DNA of 64,000 nucleotides from Azolla caroliniana. Lineage: Eukaryota; Plantae; Polypodiophyta. The position numbers and the translations under genes are program-made. The stretch is from positions 37,076,001 to 37,140,000 of the forward strand of contig JBHGNT010000001.1 in the NCBI GenBank assembly GCA_043228905.1, read 5' to 3'. This document shows, one piece after another, positions 31,338 to 52,503 of the stretch; the stretch's first letter is position 1, and every line of letters starts with the position of its first letter. The notes below the pieces were generated by a model. That model was given only the letters and a program-made list of their open reading frames with translations, was not told the DNA's origin and searched no databases.

Positions 31338-32924
31338 TGGAAGCTTCCTAAAAGAATAATAAAATGTGTTCTAACTGAAGCTCCCAACATGCAGTCCACC
31401 AAAAGCCTAGCAAAAATTTCCTAAACCCTTTTTGTGCTCTTGAGGTTCAAAAATGAGGAAGTGAGGTAATGAACCCATAGGTTAATTATAATTTGTACTC
31501 AGGATGCAAAGATAATAGCACGTAACTAACTTCTTCCATAAGTTCATGCCTCCATTGATATGTGCAGACACCATTTAGTGAGTAGAAGAATGTTTTAGAA
31601 AACAAATATTGCAAGTATCCAGGTACAAAGCACATAGGCCATTTGAGCATCAGATGATGAAGATCATTCCAACCCAGTAATATCAGATGCAAGCAATGAG
31701 CTTTATTCACAGCCAAATACTACTACTCATTCCACACATAATAGTTATACACATGGTTGTAAAACCATGTCAAGAACTACGAACAATTTTATAACCATAT
31801 AATATACATTAAGATTGATTGACCTTGCTACATGGATATAAGCATACTACAATTACAAGAGCAGTTGTTGGCTATTAGAAATAGAGTTTGAAATGGGGAA
31901 ACTATTATAAGATTGACAGTAAGGAGCACTATGTATATGCACAACATAAATGATGAGAGATAGAAATGGTAGTAAGGAGACCCATTTACATTATTGTTAA
32001 TCATGATAAGTGAATGAACTAGCAGTCTCAGGGTAACAATCATTCCATTGAAAAACTAGTAGCAAGATCCAATTCAACCAATTGAGAAGAGCTGTGTATA
32101 CCTCACTCAAAGGCCATTGTCATATACCTATTCACATAGCCACCAAAGTACTAAACGCACTGGCAATTGTTTCAAATGGAAGGAGATTCCCATCGTTACA
32201 TATTTGCCTTCTCTCATACCAATATTAATAAATTGTCTCATGATGCAGCAACATACAATGTATTGATTTCCATATTACTCATTTGATTTCTCTTGATGCA
32301 TAAATTTCATGCACTATGCAATGGCTATAATTTCATGCTGATTTTAAAATGTGCATTACTATGCTTTATTTCTCATGATGCATAAGTTTCATACACGGCA
32401 TGTTAATCTATACAAGTCATCTGTGTATGCAATCGATCCCCTGTAGTGCAATATTTTGACATCAGTTTTATAATCACAATCAGGTACGACACATTTACAA
32501 AACACTGGGACAAGACCTTGAAACCAAGTTCATATAAAGCATGTTTTCTACCTTTTCAATTTCACAATATTGAGAAATCCACACCATAAACCCAAAAGGG
32601 ATATGCAACAGCATTGATATGCCATTGTTTAATCAGAATGTGGGTTTGTCTTCATGATATGCTAAACTAGAAATTGTAAAACCCCGTAAAGGTGATTCAG
32701 CAGAGAATTTCTACAGTATCATCGCATCATTAAAAGAAATAATGTGTTCAGGATATCCCAAATCCTATATCCCCTTTCAAGGGACATTCATTTAGGTGAT
32801 GTACAAAAGAAAAATAACGTGTTTTGTGTTATGATACAGAGATAACAGTAGTGTGAATACAGAGCGTGGAAATTGGGAATTCCAGGCACATACCAAAATA
32901 GACCATTGAATTCAAGATGTGAGA

Positions 32925-35900
32925 TCATAATAGCTGTTTGTCATAAAATGCAGTCTGAAGCTGTTTTACATGGGCAAGCCATGCAGCAACATTCTGCCCA
33001 TCAACAGTGATCCAGTCTACAGCCGTCGACGCTGGCTGTTCCCACCACTCATCAACCTAGAAACAATATGATCAGATCAGCTCCACCTCTGGCACTTTGG
33101 TTACCACAAATGCATGATAGCCTATGTTAAGAAAAATAAAATAAAAGAAGATATGCTTCCTAATAGCATCATTATCCCTTCCAAACACCATGCAAATTCA
33201 ACGGAATTGCCGGTTTATCCTCGATTGTCACTATGCAAAAACACTTTCAAATAGGGAGTTCAACTCATGTTACCAACCCCACAAATAGCATTCGAATTTG
33301 GGAGCACATGAATATAAAATAAAAATATGCTTCCTAGTACCAATTTCAAACTTCCACCATGCAAATACTATTAAAAATTTCCTTCTAATTACCATGCCTC
33401 TAACTGTTTTGCAATCATCCAGGCACTTCTGAGCATCCTGAACCGCCACCTTTAACTCAGGCAGCCATTGCTCCATGGCGGTTGTCTCCTGCTCAGCAGC
33501 TATTGATGAACAAGAAGTAGCAGTCCTGCCAAAAAGAGAACATCAAGATTTCTGATATGGTTTACATAAACAAAAAATAATGCAGATAAGAGAGTTTTTA
33601 CTATTACTTTTCATGTTCAGGCCTTGAACTATTTGCACCCGCTAACAGTGAATGCCCATTGCCAACAAGATTTCTCCATGTTTGAGCTCGTCTCATTGCT
33701 CCAGCAAGTTCTTCAAGCATGCATATGGGAGACATGAAAGGAGAGAAGATGAAACGCAAGGATTCTACCACAGTAGCTAGCCCCACATCGTCACCATCAT
33801 ATCCTATCAAGTCATACATAATAAATAAGCATATTAAAAATAATATGCAGAGAATGCAGTATCTCCTCAAATACCTCCTTTTCTAGGTTTCTACTGAATT
33901 CCTACAGAAGTTATATTAGCAGCAGGGCATGCATCAAGAAAACAAGAGCTTGTATGGTTTTGTTACAACTATACCACTTATATTTTGAGTTGCTGCATTG
34001 ATCCGGCAGATTGATGGTATAGCAGAAGGATCTTTAGCACCGGCTTTTGCTGTTAGTAAATCAGCAGTTCTTTCTATCGCAACTAATGATTCAGGTCCAG
34101 GAGGCCCACTCATACCGAATGCTTCTTGTAAGGCCTGTAAGATAAATTTATGACCTTTTTTCATATGAAGATCCAATACATTTCTTTTCAACATCATTAT
34201 GAGCTTTCACAACTTAACCATTTACTTAGCTTGCGCAGAGATTGATATTCTGCAATATCTGTTTAGCCCATATTTTTGTGCCACAAACTACAGAGTTTTC
34301 CTAGAGTTGCAGTAATTCTTTCATTTTTCCTACAAATCCTTTTTATCTTCCAGCCTACCCTTCCAGATGCAGCATTTTAGTGATGCATGAATCCAACCTT
34401 ATTGAACAGAACAACTTGGACCTTACTACAAACACCAAATAGATACATCCACAATCCACACCTTATATTCTGAGAGCAAACCTGTGATGTTGACGGAAGC
34501 ATATATAGACGGTTATCTGGAACTCTCAAAAAAATCGAAACTTCTCTTTCGATGAGATCATGTGCATCTGCTGCCTTTTGTTGCACTCTGTTACATAATG
34601 GAATGACTGTAGTAGCTGAATGCTCTCTTGAACGCTTTGTGTGTTGCTCCCAAGCTGTTGCCGCAGCCTGCAGTATGATCAACCCCACATTTAATGATGT
34701 GGTTTCGACGAAACTCAAATAAAACACGGAGACATGGTATATGTAACTTCAGAAAGAGAATGCAGCAGCAATTATAAAAGATTAAACCAGAAACCAAACA
34801 TTGCAGAGTTTAAATGACTACGAAAAGTAGCATTTAGGCACTAGAATTAACACAATTAACACAATTTTGATTTCTGCCCTTTTCTCTTTAATACCCCACT
34901 TAATTATGCTTAATGAGTGAGCTTAGTACTCCTATCCTAACACAAAATAACCATACGGACTTACATCAATATATGCACGATGTCAATACATTTCCAACAA
35001 GCAAGTATTTTAAAAAAAACAACTACCTGTTCTCCCTCTAAATCAGTTAATAGGTGCCATCTCTCATCCCATGATTCTATTGATAACTAAAATGGTTAAA
35101 CACAATACCCCATTTTAAATGATATATACCAAATTGAGATGTATTAGTTCTGTATATATAGATTCCAGTTCAGTCCTCCTGGCATCAAACTCTTCTATCC
35201 TCTTCCACTTTTTCCGCAATGCATCTTCAGCGGCTCTTCGTTCCTCGCACATCTTTTGAAGTCGTTGAACTTCATTTGTCAGGGTTGAAACGCTGGCCTT
35301 CAGACCAGCAAGTTCTCGTTCCTTGGCCCATACATCCAGCTGGAAGCAAATAACAAAAGGACAAAAGTGCGAATATTAGTTTCTGTGCAACAATTCCCAG
35401 ATCTTCTACTAAAATTTGAAAGTCCTCCACATTCAGTTACAGAAAACATCTACATAGAAGCAGCAAATGCAAGCTAAATTTGGTATACAAGTTGATACTT
35501 GTTGCAAGATGTAACCCACATGATGTCACTTTTGAATTGAAACTTTCCAACCCATCACTAAATTCTTCACACTAAAAACAGATACCTTATGACTAATTTG
35601 AGCAAACTTTTATAGCTACAGTATGTCAGTGCTTTGCTTTTAACTTTAACTTACTTAGAGATAATTTTCTCAGCCTTATAACACTCCTTATATTCAATTT
35701 TAAATCAATTATCCACAGCAACATTTTATTTCAACAAAGTAATATATGTAGCTAGTTAAAAAAGTTCTTTACCTCAAACTGCCGTGAGCTCGCAGAATTT
35801 TGGACATATTCTCTGTTATTGGTGGCATCCCCTGCATTGGAAGCTCCATGAATACGCCGCACAAGCTCCTGACTTTCTTTTTTTGCATCTGCAGCAGCAT

Positions 35901-35943
35901 TTAGTGCATCTTCTGTTGCAATAAACTGTTGTACATGTGCCCT
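32925..35943 (-). CDS. AUG5: AUGMIN subunit 5 (HAUS5), seven 3' exons; 5' part not present before the gap
   Basis: Exons 35943-35773, 35339-35130, 34667-34482, 34134-33975, 33803-33608, 33525-33393 and 33056-32925, GT-AG and in phase. Peptides [63 protein letters not shown] and [26 protein letters not shown] match plant AUG5. Confidence 0.92.
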
Positions 35944-36965
35944 CTATATACAGCACACATCAATAAGTTTTAGCTGTTGCAATGCTTCAGAAGTTTTTTG
36001 TAACAATCCACAAGCATAAAATGGGTTCTCCATATAAATGACCATAGCAAATAAAAGACAGAAATGTATTCATGCAATATCTTGCCCGTTCATGGAATAC
36101 ATAGTACTAATCTTCTTTTTTATATGGGAGCCGTTATGTTGAAAGCTGTAAGTTAATGGGGCAATTCACAATCTAACCCTGTGTTTGGAAACATTGTAAC
36201 CTTGTTCACACTTTCAACATAGAAGAAATAAACCTGAACAATTAAATGCATTTAATCCTTATTTTTCCAGAAATTCAAAGTATTTTTCCAGAAATACTAA
36301 CAACCAGGACACAGTAAATACATAACTACTTGATGGGTTGAGAATGAAGTAAGTTGCGTGCTGCTCAGGAAAAAATAGCAAGATATGTGAAATAACAGAC
36401 AATGAGACAGTTGTTGATGTAGGATCCATTGAATGTATGTGCATAATTAGGCCTGTATATATTTCTATTTGAACATGTCAATGATGAGGTCACAGTGCCA
36501 CATTAGATCGAATAAGTTGGGCTGCTACAGGTTAATGACCAATAGTTTCCTTTTCTATTTGTTTCAGTGGGAGCTCACTGCACCTACAACAATACCAACA
36601 CTATTGTTGCACTAGCCTTGATTATATCAGCAGCTTTTAAGGTTTGCATAAAAAAAAAGTCCCAGTTACTACGCCAAATATATCCATCAGAGTCTAATAT
36701 TATCTTGTATCAATATTCCCGAATATTCTGCTAAACATTTACCACTTGGTTCTCGACTGTCTGGAAACATCTTGGCTGACAATTCTTTGCTGACTCCCTT
36801 GTTACTCGACAATGGATGGCAATTGAAGTCTCAAAACCAGGAATAGAAATCAAATAAAAAAGCATGTAAACATATGTCATACTACACTACATATGCAACC
36901 TTATTATACATATGGCATTTAGTTCAACAAGAACAATATCATAATACAGCTTAATTCTTTAATTA

Positions 36966-37065
36966 NNNNNNNNNNNNNNNNNNNNNNNNNNNNNNNNNNN
37001 NNNNNNNNNNNNNNNNNNNNNNNNNNNNNNNNNNNNNNNNNNNNNNNNNNNNNNNNNNNNNNNNN
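36966..37065. other. Assembly gap (100 N)
   Basis: Exactly 100 N, the usual placeholder for a scaffold join of unknown size. Confidence 0.99.
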
Positions 37066-37200
37066 ACCAGGTATACTCTTCTCCAACATACATCCAAAAC
37101 AGGGGATGAGAATGTATATTATCAATACTCTCGTTTCTTTTTCCTGTTATGAATGCATTTAAACCTAACCTAACCTAACCAATTGAAGACATCTTTCTTA

Positions 37201-39854
<2,654 letters not shown>

Positions 39855-42479
39855 ATCTGAAATGTGAGTGAGGATGATGAAATCAAACCCTTTGTTTGCA
39901 TAGCATTAAACAGGTGAAGCATGGATGAAATTCTTGAGGTACCAAAGAATGTTGTTGAAGATTTGGGGTATATATATGACCCGATTCCTGTTAAAGATTC
40001 TGGCTATATGAATAGAAGACACATTGCAGAAGATTCCGGTGTGTAGTTTGCAATGGCTTTTGCTTTTGGGAAAAAGCATCATCTGTGGGTTATTTTTTGG
40101 TCGTCATGCATGTGAACTACCCCTAAGATTTTATAATTAAGGATGCATTCATTTTAAAAGCATGTTTTTCCTTTGACTTAGGAGGTTCTTAATATGGGTG
40201 CCTTATTAGGAGGAAAGTCCAAAAACCACATGTGCCGCCAACTCTTCAACCCACGAGGCTTCTCATAATAGTTCTTTAATGACCTCTACGTGGTTGGGTC
40301 CGAGGGTATGTCAAACTTTCTCAATTTAGCATTTGAGCCTTTGTTTGATATACCTATTTTTGTCCTTATTTCTCTAACTTGAATGTCTAATAATATGCAG
40401 AGCAGTAAAAGAAAACCTGATGCCCTCTGTGTTGTGAATTTGTAGGCTTTGTATGCGATCTAGTTCTGGTCTGTTTAGAACCTCACGTCATGAAGTTACT
40501 AAATAGAAATGGTCTTCCGTGAATGTAAAGATTAGGATACCTGAAACAAAACTATAGGAAGGAAATAGAACTGGTCTGTCAACTTTTGAGAAATTTTCAC
40601 CTTAAATTTTTGCACCTGTTGCTACTTGTAACTAACTAGTTTGGCGCAAGTTTTTCAGAGACCAGGCTCGTAGAAATAGCCCAACCTTGAAACTTATCAA
40701 AAGATGATAAATATTTTTGAGCGTTTTATTCTAAGGTTCATAGGAGTTGAGCCATAGACAAGTAGGATATAATATTGTTGGCTGATGATTCTCCAACAAT
40801 TGTTTCTAATATATAGAAAGGGTTTATGTGAATGTCATGTTATCCTTGCCTTAGCTTCATATACATTCAGTAAATCCACGTCCAATTCCAAATACTGCTT
40901 TGGAAACTGTACGTCATGTGCATTGGAAATGATAAACATGTGATTGTTGCGTTAACCTGTAAGGAAACTATAATTACCTTCTGGATACTCAATGACAGTA
41001 CCCTCTTTAGCAGTGAAATGTTAAATATTGAAGGTAATTCTTCCGTTTCATGTTTAAAATATTACAGTTGGATGTTTTTCATCTTTGTTTCTTTGATGGC
41101 ATGGGATTGGCCCTGCATATACATTTATGCTTTGATGGCATGGGATTCGCTTGCTTCTTGACAGAGGAATTGGTAATGCTCATGAGTAATGATGCATGAT
41201 TTGAGTTTGCGAGTGTCAAATTGAAAACGATAGTTTAGTCTTGCCTGCCACTGCTCATTTATTACATATGTTCATTGAAAATTCAGCTTTACATGCTATG
41301 TTCGGCTTTTTAAGTGTTCTGTACATTCCATTAGATGCCTATTTAAAATGCAACGTACTGAGAAATTAATCGTTGTAGGAATGATGTTTTAGCAATCTAT
41401 TGCTGTAGGCAGCAAAAATGCAATTGAAGCAAAATAATTTTTTATATATTGGTGTGTAGATATGATTGGTTTCCTACTTTGAGTAGATATGGTAATAATT
41501 GTCTATGATAGAATTGTGTTGTAGCTATGAGTACATTGTTATGCTGTCTCATCCGAATGACTGATGATGGGGTACCATAATGTATCTATGAGAGCCACAT
41601 TACTATGCTTCTAAGTCAAAAAATTGATGAGGGTATCCCTAAACTCAGGAGACAACCCCAATTATTGCTTTCAGAACGATAAACTATACCATAGAGCCAC
41701 ATTACTATGCTTCTAACTCAAATAATTGATGAGGGTATACCTAAACATAGGAGACAGGCCCAATTATTGCTTTCAGAATGATGAACTATACCATGTACAA
41801 CGGCTGGAAGCTTGCATAATGACCTCTACCGAATGAGAGAAGGGTCTAGTTTTAGCTCTGGCATTTTCACTCACAAATGTTGCTGTTGTTTACTTCTTTA
41901 AGTTTCATGCTTTTCTATATTTGTGGGCACAGATTTAGGCTCCAGAAATGAACCACAATGTTGATGTTAATTTCATAAGCACTCCATGCATGGTTAGAAT
42001 GCGAACATCCTTGAATTGTGATGATCATCACGATAGTGCCTACACTCATTTACAAAATCAACTAAACTCTATATTCTTGTTGCATACATTGATAACTCGT
42101 TCAACATATATTTCAATTTCCCTCATCATTCAGTTCCCATCACATGAACCCAACCGCAGTTTTTTTATCCCATCCAAATGAGTTCTTTTCACATGAAAAG
42201 ATTTATTGCAATAAAGAACATGTTATCTGCTATTTCCTCAATGATATAATCTATAAACATGTCATGCCATATCATCTCCATACAATACAAAGATGCAGGG
42301 GATGCTCCATTGGTAGGGATATTTCGAGGCATCAACAAAGATATATCTATGCTCAAACCATTGAACAATGTGGCATTACTTGAACTCGTCGAACACCAAC
42401 TGATATATAAACCGGTTGCAAAGTCTAGTGACTGTGGAATTATTTTCAGAAGGCGGCCATCATCTGAACAGCTAACCCT

Positions 42480-42545
42480 TAAAAATGCTGCTGGGATTAG
42501 GATGAAAAGTGCAGTGGCTACGAACGCAAGAATGTTAACTTCCGT
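42480..42545 (-). pseudogene. psbM: NUPT psbM fragment, copy 2 (ACG at the start position)
   Basis: ACG GAA GTT AAC ATT CTT GCG TTC GTA GCC ACT GCA CTT TTC ATC CTA ATC CCA GCA GCA TTT TTA. Confidence 0.88.
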
Positions 42546-43552
42546 ATTAGTAGTTCAAATCAATTAAAGAGTACTATGAGTTGTCCCATCGGACTAAAAC
42601 TCTTGGACTCTGTTATGAACCATCTATTTGTTTCATTCCTGGTTTAGTCGGGTCGACCGAATCAAATGTATCCAATCATTCGGGGGTGATAAACGTTTTT
42701 GGTTGAACCCCCAATATGGATCACATAAATGACGATTTGATTACTTTGCTAATAAAAGAGGGAAGTTTTATGAAAGATGAGGTTGTCTTTCCTGGGTAAA
42801 TATGCAAACATTGTATCTGATATGCTTATTTTAAAAACCAATGCCCATCCTAATCTCAGGAAAAAGGAGAGTAGAGAACGGGTCTGAGGGATTGTCCGTC
42901 CCCCGACATGAGTTCATTTTAACGGTTTGAACTTTTGATGTATCAACCTTTGCACTCATATTCAGTTACTTGTCTTTCTTTCAATCTCTCTACTATCAGC
43001 TGGAGCAGTTCAAATTGAAATTTGAAGAGTGCCTTTTAACTAGATCTATAGATCAAAGGCTTTTTCTTCGAATAAGCATAGTCTTACACTCGAATATATC
43101 TGACTGTGGCAATGATGTAAATTTGACTCTTATATCATTAAGATATTAATGTGTCACAAGCATGCACTTTGTATGCCCCTTCGAAAATTTTAAAGCAAAA
43201 AATGGTTGAATTCCATGGTATAACTTACAATAGGATTTCTCTTCCAAATCCGAAGAATACTATATATACATAGAACCGAGGATATTTTTACCTTTTTTCC
43301 GTGTCGTTCTTTTCCCTGCTCATTTTCTACTGCAGGATTTAAATAGAAGAACGGTGTACCTGTTGCTGTTGGCATCAAAGCTGTTCGAAATCATGAACCG
43401 CATAGAACAGAGAAGGAGTATGATGCATCTACTTTCAGTGCTAACACATTGATGATGGCTTTTCAAGTATGCTTTTTTAGATTTTTGTAGAGCTAGCATG
43501 CAGAAGATTCCAGAAGATTCCTCTGCAACAGTACAGAATAAGTCTAAAAAAG

Positions 43553-47924
<4,372 letters not shown>

Positions 47925-50900
47925 ATACGTAAACTTGGATTGGAATTTTGATTTTGAAAAAAGTGCAAAAGAATATGAAGGGGATATTTTGATTTGATAC
48001 CCTTCTTTTATCCTTTCAGGCTTCAGCCTTCAGGACTCACTAGAATCATTTAACCTTGTTAAGAGAACAGAGGATGATGTGAAGAAGACCCATATGATAA
48101 GGTCTGCTGTGAAATACACCCACCCTCTCTCCAGCTTTGTATGGATGAATGATGAAGAAATACCTAGCAGACATTTTCATTGAGATTTTTTTTTGTTTGT
48201 TGAGTTTTTGTGGAACTCCACGAAAAAGATACCTCTAATTTTCTTTTAGATCCAACTGCTATCCCTTACTTGTTTAGTCCACATCTCCAAAGTTCTATAA
48301 AGGAACCCGTGCTTTTAATTTCATTTTTGAATCTAGATTTTTTTCGGACGAACAATTATTTGATTCAATTTCACAATGTGATCAAACTTAATGAAAATCA
48401 GAGCTTGGTATGAGAGCAGAATCTTCTGGAAGATTCTAGGTTTATGATGATGAGCAATAGATGATCATGTAGGATGTGTGGTGTGTGAGATATGATGTAT
48501 GATGTACGTATCATGAATGATGATGATGCTTTGTCCGTAACAGAGAAAAGTTACTAATGGATTTCTACAGTGGAAATAAACAGCTTGAGATTCTTCAAGC
48601 TGCTTCCGTAATTTCCCATCAGAGATAAATGACAAATGAATAGAAATTTAAGCTTTCTATTATATACTTAAGGGTTAAGAAATTAAATTTTGAAGAAGAA
48701 GAAGAAGAAGAAGAATGGGTTGCGAGACTTGCTTTTCTTCATTTTGCTTTGATTGGACGAAAAGAAGCTCGGTTTTCGTGCTTGGCTTTTGCAGAGGATT
48801 GTGAAATGGATTCTCCGACAGATCGTACAGAAACACAGAGTTAGAGAAAGATGGAGATTGAGATGGAAGTGAAGCGATCCTCTGTTTCTCTCTCGCTCTC
48901 TCTCTCTCTCGCTCTCATCCGTCCTTTTTTCTCATACTTCTTAATACTTGGGAATTTTAATTAATTATCCATTCTTCATAATATAGGCATTGCCATGGTA
49001 TGCATGCTATGATATGTATGTATGTATGTATGTATGTAATGTATGCATGGTATGATATGTATGTATGCATGGTATGATATGTACATATGTATGTATGTAT
49101 ATATGTATGCTTCTTGATTCTTCTTTTTCAAGTTAAGATTTGAAGTATGGATAAAAAAGCATTTAAACTATTTTTGTTATGAATTGGGGGGGCGTGCATC
49201 ACCCCATTGATGCCTTTTATGGTTTATAAATGGAATGAAACAATGTTCAAAGTGAATTGATGGGTGTATCTTTCCGACTGTAGGAGCTTGCGGATGATGC
49301 CCAAGCTCAAGTCGATGCATCAACTAATGAGTTTAGGCCACGAACTTATTACTTGGTTAAACATAATCACACCTACTCTCTAAGTAACATCTTCCACCAT
49401 GGTTTTCAACCTATGATGTGGTTCATCGACAGTTAATGGATCTCTTTAGGAAAGAATGTATATCCTCCATGTCTTCGGCTCTCTTGCTTACTCTTAGTAA
49501 CCCTTAGTACACCAACCTTGGGCTTCCCTTTGTCTCCGCATGTGTGGTTGCACAAGACCAAGTTTTAAAAATAACAAAAGGCAATAGTCCCAAACTCATA
49601 CATGGGTTTCAAATCTTGTTTCAATAATATTTAGTAGCATCCTTGAATCCTGAAATTGTTCATTATTACCATTCCCTAGCATTAGCTTACGGCAATTGAT
49701 GTTGATTTTGACCTCTACGCATTTGGAAAGCGAATTGTAAAGCTATGTGTGAACTGACAACATTAAGGTGTGTAAAGTTTGTGCATCTATAAGAAATAAA
49801 TTGATACGTTCAATTGAAACTTGATGTAGATGTGTATGAAGTCGATGTATAAAGAAAGGGAATGGTTTCAATTGTGCATTTCCATGTGTATTGTCTCTCG
49901 TGATTAAATAATATGGTGGTTTTGTTTTTTCTCAACTTGTCTCGAATTGGTTAGACTGTGGTAAATCGGAATCATTATAAAATTGAAGATGACAACATAT
50001 TGTTAGATTATAGTGTGGCATTACCTTAAAGAAGGATATAAAAAGAGTCATTCATGAATCATAATAGAATAAAACGATCCACTTCCTACTTAAAGAATAT
50101 AATTTCAATCGTTTATTCCTTTGGCAAATCCTTAAGGGCAAAGCTAGTCGATCCAAGTCAAGTTCTATCTAAGTAGCTTTAGATGGATTAACACTATTAC
50201 ATTTATTAAGGTATGACGTTCGTCTGAGACAAGGTTTTTAAAATTTTCTGAAATAAAGCTACCAAAATGCACTGGGACTTCCTAGCTTGCGGAAGGTCAA
50301 AAAAAAGCCTAGTGCTCTCAGCATTAGTGTCTCATTTGCAATAGTCCTATAATAATAGCTCTTTAACAAATGGTTTTGTGAGTCTTGAGGTGCATCCAAT
50401 GTCAATGTTATTGATCATGATAAGATTTGATTCTTTTCATGGATAAAGTATAGCCTATATATCTTATGTTACCCATAAGCAAACAATGGATTAATTTCAT
50501 GGATAGAATATACCTTATAGTTATAACATATGCTGCCCGTGAGTAAGCAGTGAGTAAACAATGATTTTGGCAAGGCTATGTGGTGAAAGGGTTCTCCTTC
50601 CCCCCTATGTAACAATGTTATAATTCACATATGCTTATCTGTAAACTCTACACACTTTCTAGCCCTCAAGGAACATACGTGTATACGCACACAATTATTT
50701 GATCCTTCTATGCGTACAACATACCATTTAGCTTACGTGGGCTTACGAAGTATCTCCGTTCCCTTTCAATTGTATATTGCCGTTGGTTGATGATTGTCCA
50801 CTTTTTGATGGATACTGTATGTTTTGATTGACATGTAAATTTGTCCCTTGTATTTGTTCTGACACGAAATTTCATGAATCCCACGTTTCATTTGAAAGAC

Positions 50901-51830
50901 ATTGCATCAAAACAAGTTGACACTAGGTATGAAACATTGTATGCATATCTTTTTAAGTTTTGATGCACATCCAATGGTTCTTGAACATACGTGACAAAAT
51001 TTTAAATCTTGACCTCATCATGAATGGATTTTTAAGATTTATTCCCTAGTCCTTCACATATGTCCCACTATTTCAAGCCTAAGATTTAGTTCTAAGATTT
51101 ATTAATTGCCAATATTATAGTAGACAAATCATGGTCATTCTTGCAAACAATCACATGAATGGCAAAAGTGTGATTGTCACAACTAATCGTGGTTGGAACA
51201 TATCACTTGGGGCATTTTCACCATACCTAACAAAACATGATTTGCATTCCCAAATGTCCAATGGTCAAGGAAGCCATAACCTTGGGTGTTTTATTCAAGT
51301 TACTATGTGTTTATGTGCCCATCACTTAGTCCAAACATAAAATATATGCAACTCTCATAATTTAAAGCTCATCTCTTTATAGGAGCAAATCTCCATGTGT
51401 CCATATCTCATTTGTGCGAGAGATTTGTTAAAATTATCTCAACAAAAGTTTGATGATTAAATATCCACTTTTGATCGTGTCTATTCTAGGGCTTATTAAC
51501 GTCACTTGATTATTGAAACAAGATTAATCTTCAGCTAACTCTATCCTACGATAGAGAGACTGGATGATACGTTTGTCATCAACAATCCAGGGTAAAATGT
51601 TATTGTGGAAATGTTTTTACACCATACCATGGACTACTTTTCTATGTTTTTTTGTTTGTGCAATGTTTGAACACACTACACCATAAAGTATGTCTTAGTG
51701 TAGCACTTATTAGATATTATTCATTGTGTGTTGATGTACCTATCACGATGAACCTAAGCGAGTAGTTATTGATATTTCATTATATGTATCTTGATATCGT
51801 CGTGTGTTATATTAATATACATGGTCATTT

Positions 51831-52101
51831 AAGTAGACTTTATGAAACAATGGCAAGGGCTTCACTTATTTTCAGATACAACTTATGGTATGAGGTGGAA
51901 TTATGCCATACCTTCTTTTTTGTTGCATAACTTGTAGTTTTTGCTCCACTTGTTTCTTATATGATATCATTTGTTTGATCAAATGTTGGTATTAGCCTTT
52001 GTATCACAATAGAGGTGAGATGAAATCTCTCCTTCTGTTTCCTATATGTACATTTCTCAAGTAATATACTAAGGTGTATCTTTCTTTAAACAAATAAATA
52101 A
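51831..52101 (+). mobile_element. Short LINE 3' fragment, copy 2
   Basis: Same as 23121-23391, with TSD aatatacatggtcattt at 51814-51830 and 52102-52118. Confidence 0.92.
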
Positions 52102-52185
52102 AATATACATGGTCATTTCCTTTGGATCAAGAAAGTTACAATCTGAGATCATTGTTTCCTTCTTAAATACAGGGTAAATATCTGC

Positions 52186-52503
52186 ATCATGATCTCATGG
52201 ATGTGATATTAAGTCAAGGGAAATTGGCATTAGTGCCCAATTATTTATAATATGCCATGTAGCTAGCTTACTGAATGAAATCTCCAATGTTAAAACCATA
52301 CCCACCTACATACTAGTCACCTACTTGAAACCACTTGTTTGAAAAAGTTGTACCACATGTATACTTCTAAGTAAGTTTTAACCTTTCTCATTTTGGGTAC
52401 TCATAGATTTGAAATGTCAATCATAGAAGGGCCTATTATAAATTATAATAGGGTACTAATGCCAATTTCCCTTGACTTAATATCACATTCATGGGACCAT
52501 GAT
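52186..52503. mobile_element. Foldback/MITE-like element, copy 2
   Basis: Same inverted repeats as 23476-23793. Confidence 0.75.

Noticed and set aside
36720-36840. Exon-like stretch ending in a GT donor on the minus strand, as a further AUG5 exon
   Set aside because: None of the three translations resembles the AUG5 sequence expected upstream of RAHVQQ, and I found no convincing acceptor.
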